A program made the position numbers and the translations under genes. Positions 61,677-64,000 of a DNA stretch of 64,000 bases are shown here, piece after piece. Under the pieces are notes generated by a model. The model did not search any database. It was not told the DNA's origin and was given only the letters and a program-made list of their open reading frames with translations. Each line of letters begins with the position of its first letter. Position 1 is the stretch's first letter. The DNA lies in assembly GCA_001244265.2 (NCBI GenBank), contig CDLV01000012.1:496001-560000 (forward strand). The letters run 5' to 3'. Origin of the DNA: Microbotryum violaceum. Taxonomy: Eukaryota.

Positions 61677-64000
61677 ATGCTGCACATCAAGAATCCCAAG
61701 CGCTACAAGACTGCGATCCGCATACACGATCCTGACAACCCGCGACTATGGCGGCCGGCCGGCAAAACGACGCATACCGACCTTCGATACAGCTTGAATG
61801 CTCCCACGACAAGACTTTTGATGCAGCAGGTTCGTCAGGAACGGGCCGCAGTCAGACACAGGGGTGTCGATGTAGGCCCTAGCGAGGCCACCCCGGAAAT
61901 CTTGGCTGGGGCGGCCTCGGGCTCGTGTCCCGATAACGATCACAACGATTACAACGATCTCGATCAGCGTGATGCTGGGAGTGGTCGCGCGGGCTCCTCT
62001 GACTGTAAGTGGCCTCATTAGATGTACGTTTCAGATTTCCGTTCGAACCTCAGGTCTCGGCGCTCACACCCGTCCAACTTTCCCTAGACACGAGCCGTCA
62101 GCCACTTGCCTCGTAGGTTCGAGCGTGTCGATTTTTTTCTTCTCGTTCTCAGGGCTCTTGCTGATATGTCACGGTATTTAACATCTGTTCGTGGTGTAGA
62201 TCTTCTTCGACTGTTCGCCCCCTTCCCCACAAACGAGTGCCTCCTCGCCGCGCTGCCCGAAGTTATGCCCTGAATACCTGGCTGGCGAACGCGAATTGGA
62301 GATGTGTGGTGCGCAAGCTGGTGGATGAATTCCTCAGAGCAATAGCGGATGATCAAGAGTATATTCCGCTGCGAAGTGTGCCTCCGTGCTCGAACAAGGC
62401 AATGGAGGTTAATCTGATCGACTACTCGGGTGAGCTCACTTGATCGGGTTCCGCACCAATGAATCCCTCGGAAAGGTCTACGTTTTGCTAAACGACGCCG
62501 CTGTCTTGACGTACCTAACAGCACAACAAAGAAAGATCTCATTTGTGCCAAGCAAAAAAGGTGCGATCTCCGATCTCCTGGCAGCTGGATACATGCCTGC
62601 AACGCCGGCCGCACCACGATATGCTTTCTTCATTCCGTTTATTAAGAGCCACATGGCTTCTTACTACGTCACCAAGGCGACACCGCCTGCTGAAGCGAAT
62701 CTCCCAGATCCAAATTCCACGGTGAGCACCATCACTCTGCATAGGGGATCGCAACATGAACACTTTCGAGGACGCTGACACGCGCCACGACCCTCGCTTC
62801 CTGCAGACGCGCATGTCGCCCCACTTGTCAAAGCACTTTTCGGACGCATTGGCTGCCTTCCGACTCTTTGCGGCTTACGTCGACAGCGCGATCCCTCCAG
62901 CCAGGCAGCTTACAATGACGTGTTCTGCATGCCAGCACAAGGTGAGCGACCTGGTGCGATGCTTGGCTTCCACCTCACTCATGTGCTTTGCCGGACTCTC
63001 TACACTTTAGATCCAAGAGGAGCCTCCACTGCAGTACACCGCCCAAGTCGCGATTGACGGCAATACTTCGCAAAAGCGTCTGAAAACCAGATACTCTAAA
63101 GTTGGACAGCATATCCACCCCGACCAGCACACCTTTCCGTCAAAGCTGTTCATCCCGCCGGAGATTGTCGACGAAAGCGAGATCATCGCTGTAAGTCGCT
63201 CGAATACTGAGCTCAAAAGTATTTTCAATTTATTGTCTGAAATGTCCTCATATGCCTTCTTCTATCCGGTAACATCCTCAGCGCTTGGCCTTCGCAGACT
63301 CGTAATGGTAAAGGTCGTCGTATCGTTGCAATTAAGAAGAGGGCCGAAGGAGACAAAGGCGCTTGCGCATCAGCCTCGCGGTCTGAGCAGGTGCGTTGGT
63401 TCTACGTGACGGTGCTCCTGTTTTTTGGCGAAGCAAATTGACTTTGACGTGTATCCAGAGTGGTGGGGCCTCCTCAGGCTGGGACGAGACCGGAATCGTT
63501 GCTGCCGTTTGTCGCCATGGGGTCGTATTGGCGGCATGCGACATGATCCAAAGCGGAGAGAGGTGAGCTCGGTGCGAGGCTGAAAGCCCCCGCTCGGCTG
63601 TCCAATTGACCGCAATGCTTGGCTCGCTGGTGCAGTTCGAAATACCCGCTTGCCCTGATCAAACAAGTGCGCGAAGCATTCTCACCGGGCGATCGCCTGT
63701 TAATAGGCTATGATATTGGCTGTGTCCTCGCCAAGACGTTCGAGACAGCGGAGTCGATCGGGAAACGCCAACGTGACCCCGACGCACCAAGCTTTTCGGG
63801 ACAAGCGGCTGCCAAACCGGCCGTGACTTTTTGCTGCGGAATCGGGCAAGGATGTACTCATAGCCACCCCTGCCAGGTAAGTTTCCGGCTCTATGAAATT
63901 TGCGCACCATAATTCCGCCGGACTAACGCGAGTCGATCACTTCATTACTGTGCTTTCACAGCTACAATCACACCCACGCCTCATGGACGCCGCGGGACTA
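61677..64000 (+). mobile_element. KDZ (Kyakuja-Dileera-Zisupton) transposase gene with CxC-type region, intron-containing, truncated by window end
   Basis: LLAAGYMPATPAAPRYAF, CSACQH, VAIDGNTSQKRL, DETGIVAAVCRHGVVLAACDMIQSGE, KYPLAL...LIGYDIGC, THSHPCQ|LQSHPRL..AGL. Confidence 0.85.

Overview
Intron-rich, GC-rich fungal genomic DNA, most likely from a basidiomycete (inferred from protein style and intron signals). Bases 1-43,400 are gene-dense: a TRIC-like membrane protein, Pumilio/Puf3-like, FAM210/Nat2-like, M14 carboxypeptidase, D-lactate dehydrogenase-like, THOC3/Tex1, Arp3, HotDog thioesterase, SREBP-like bHLH, Nap1, LysM protein, Dbf4, Mad1, a Zn2Cys6 TF, a 5'-truncated Gfo/Idh/MocA fragment and a multi-pass membrane protein. 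An M13 peptidase lies at 56.9-60.3 kb, and a spliced KDZ (Kyakuja-Dileera-Zisupton) transposase runs off the right end. The most striking feature is at 47.7-56.5 kb: an intron-containing tRNA-Ile(UAU) gene on the minus strand with, starting 61 bp upstream, a head-to-tail stack of five same-orientation poly(A)-ended units. These are two 5'-truncated copies and one full-length copy of an L1/Tx1-like APE-RT LINE, plus two unrelated short poly(A)-tailed units. This suggests a tRNA-gene-targeted, orientation-specific non-LTR retrotransposon system in a fungus, analogous to Dictyostelium TRE5. Gene boundaries were assembled by eye from GT-AG signals and are approximate.
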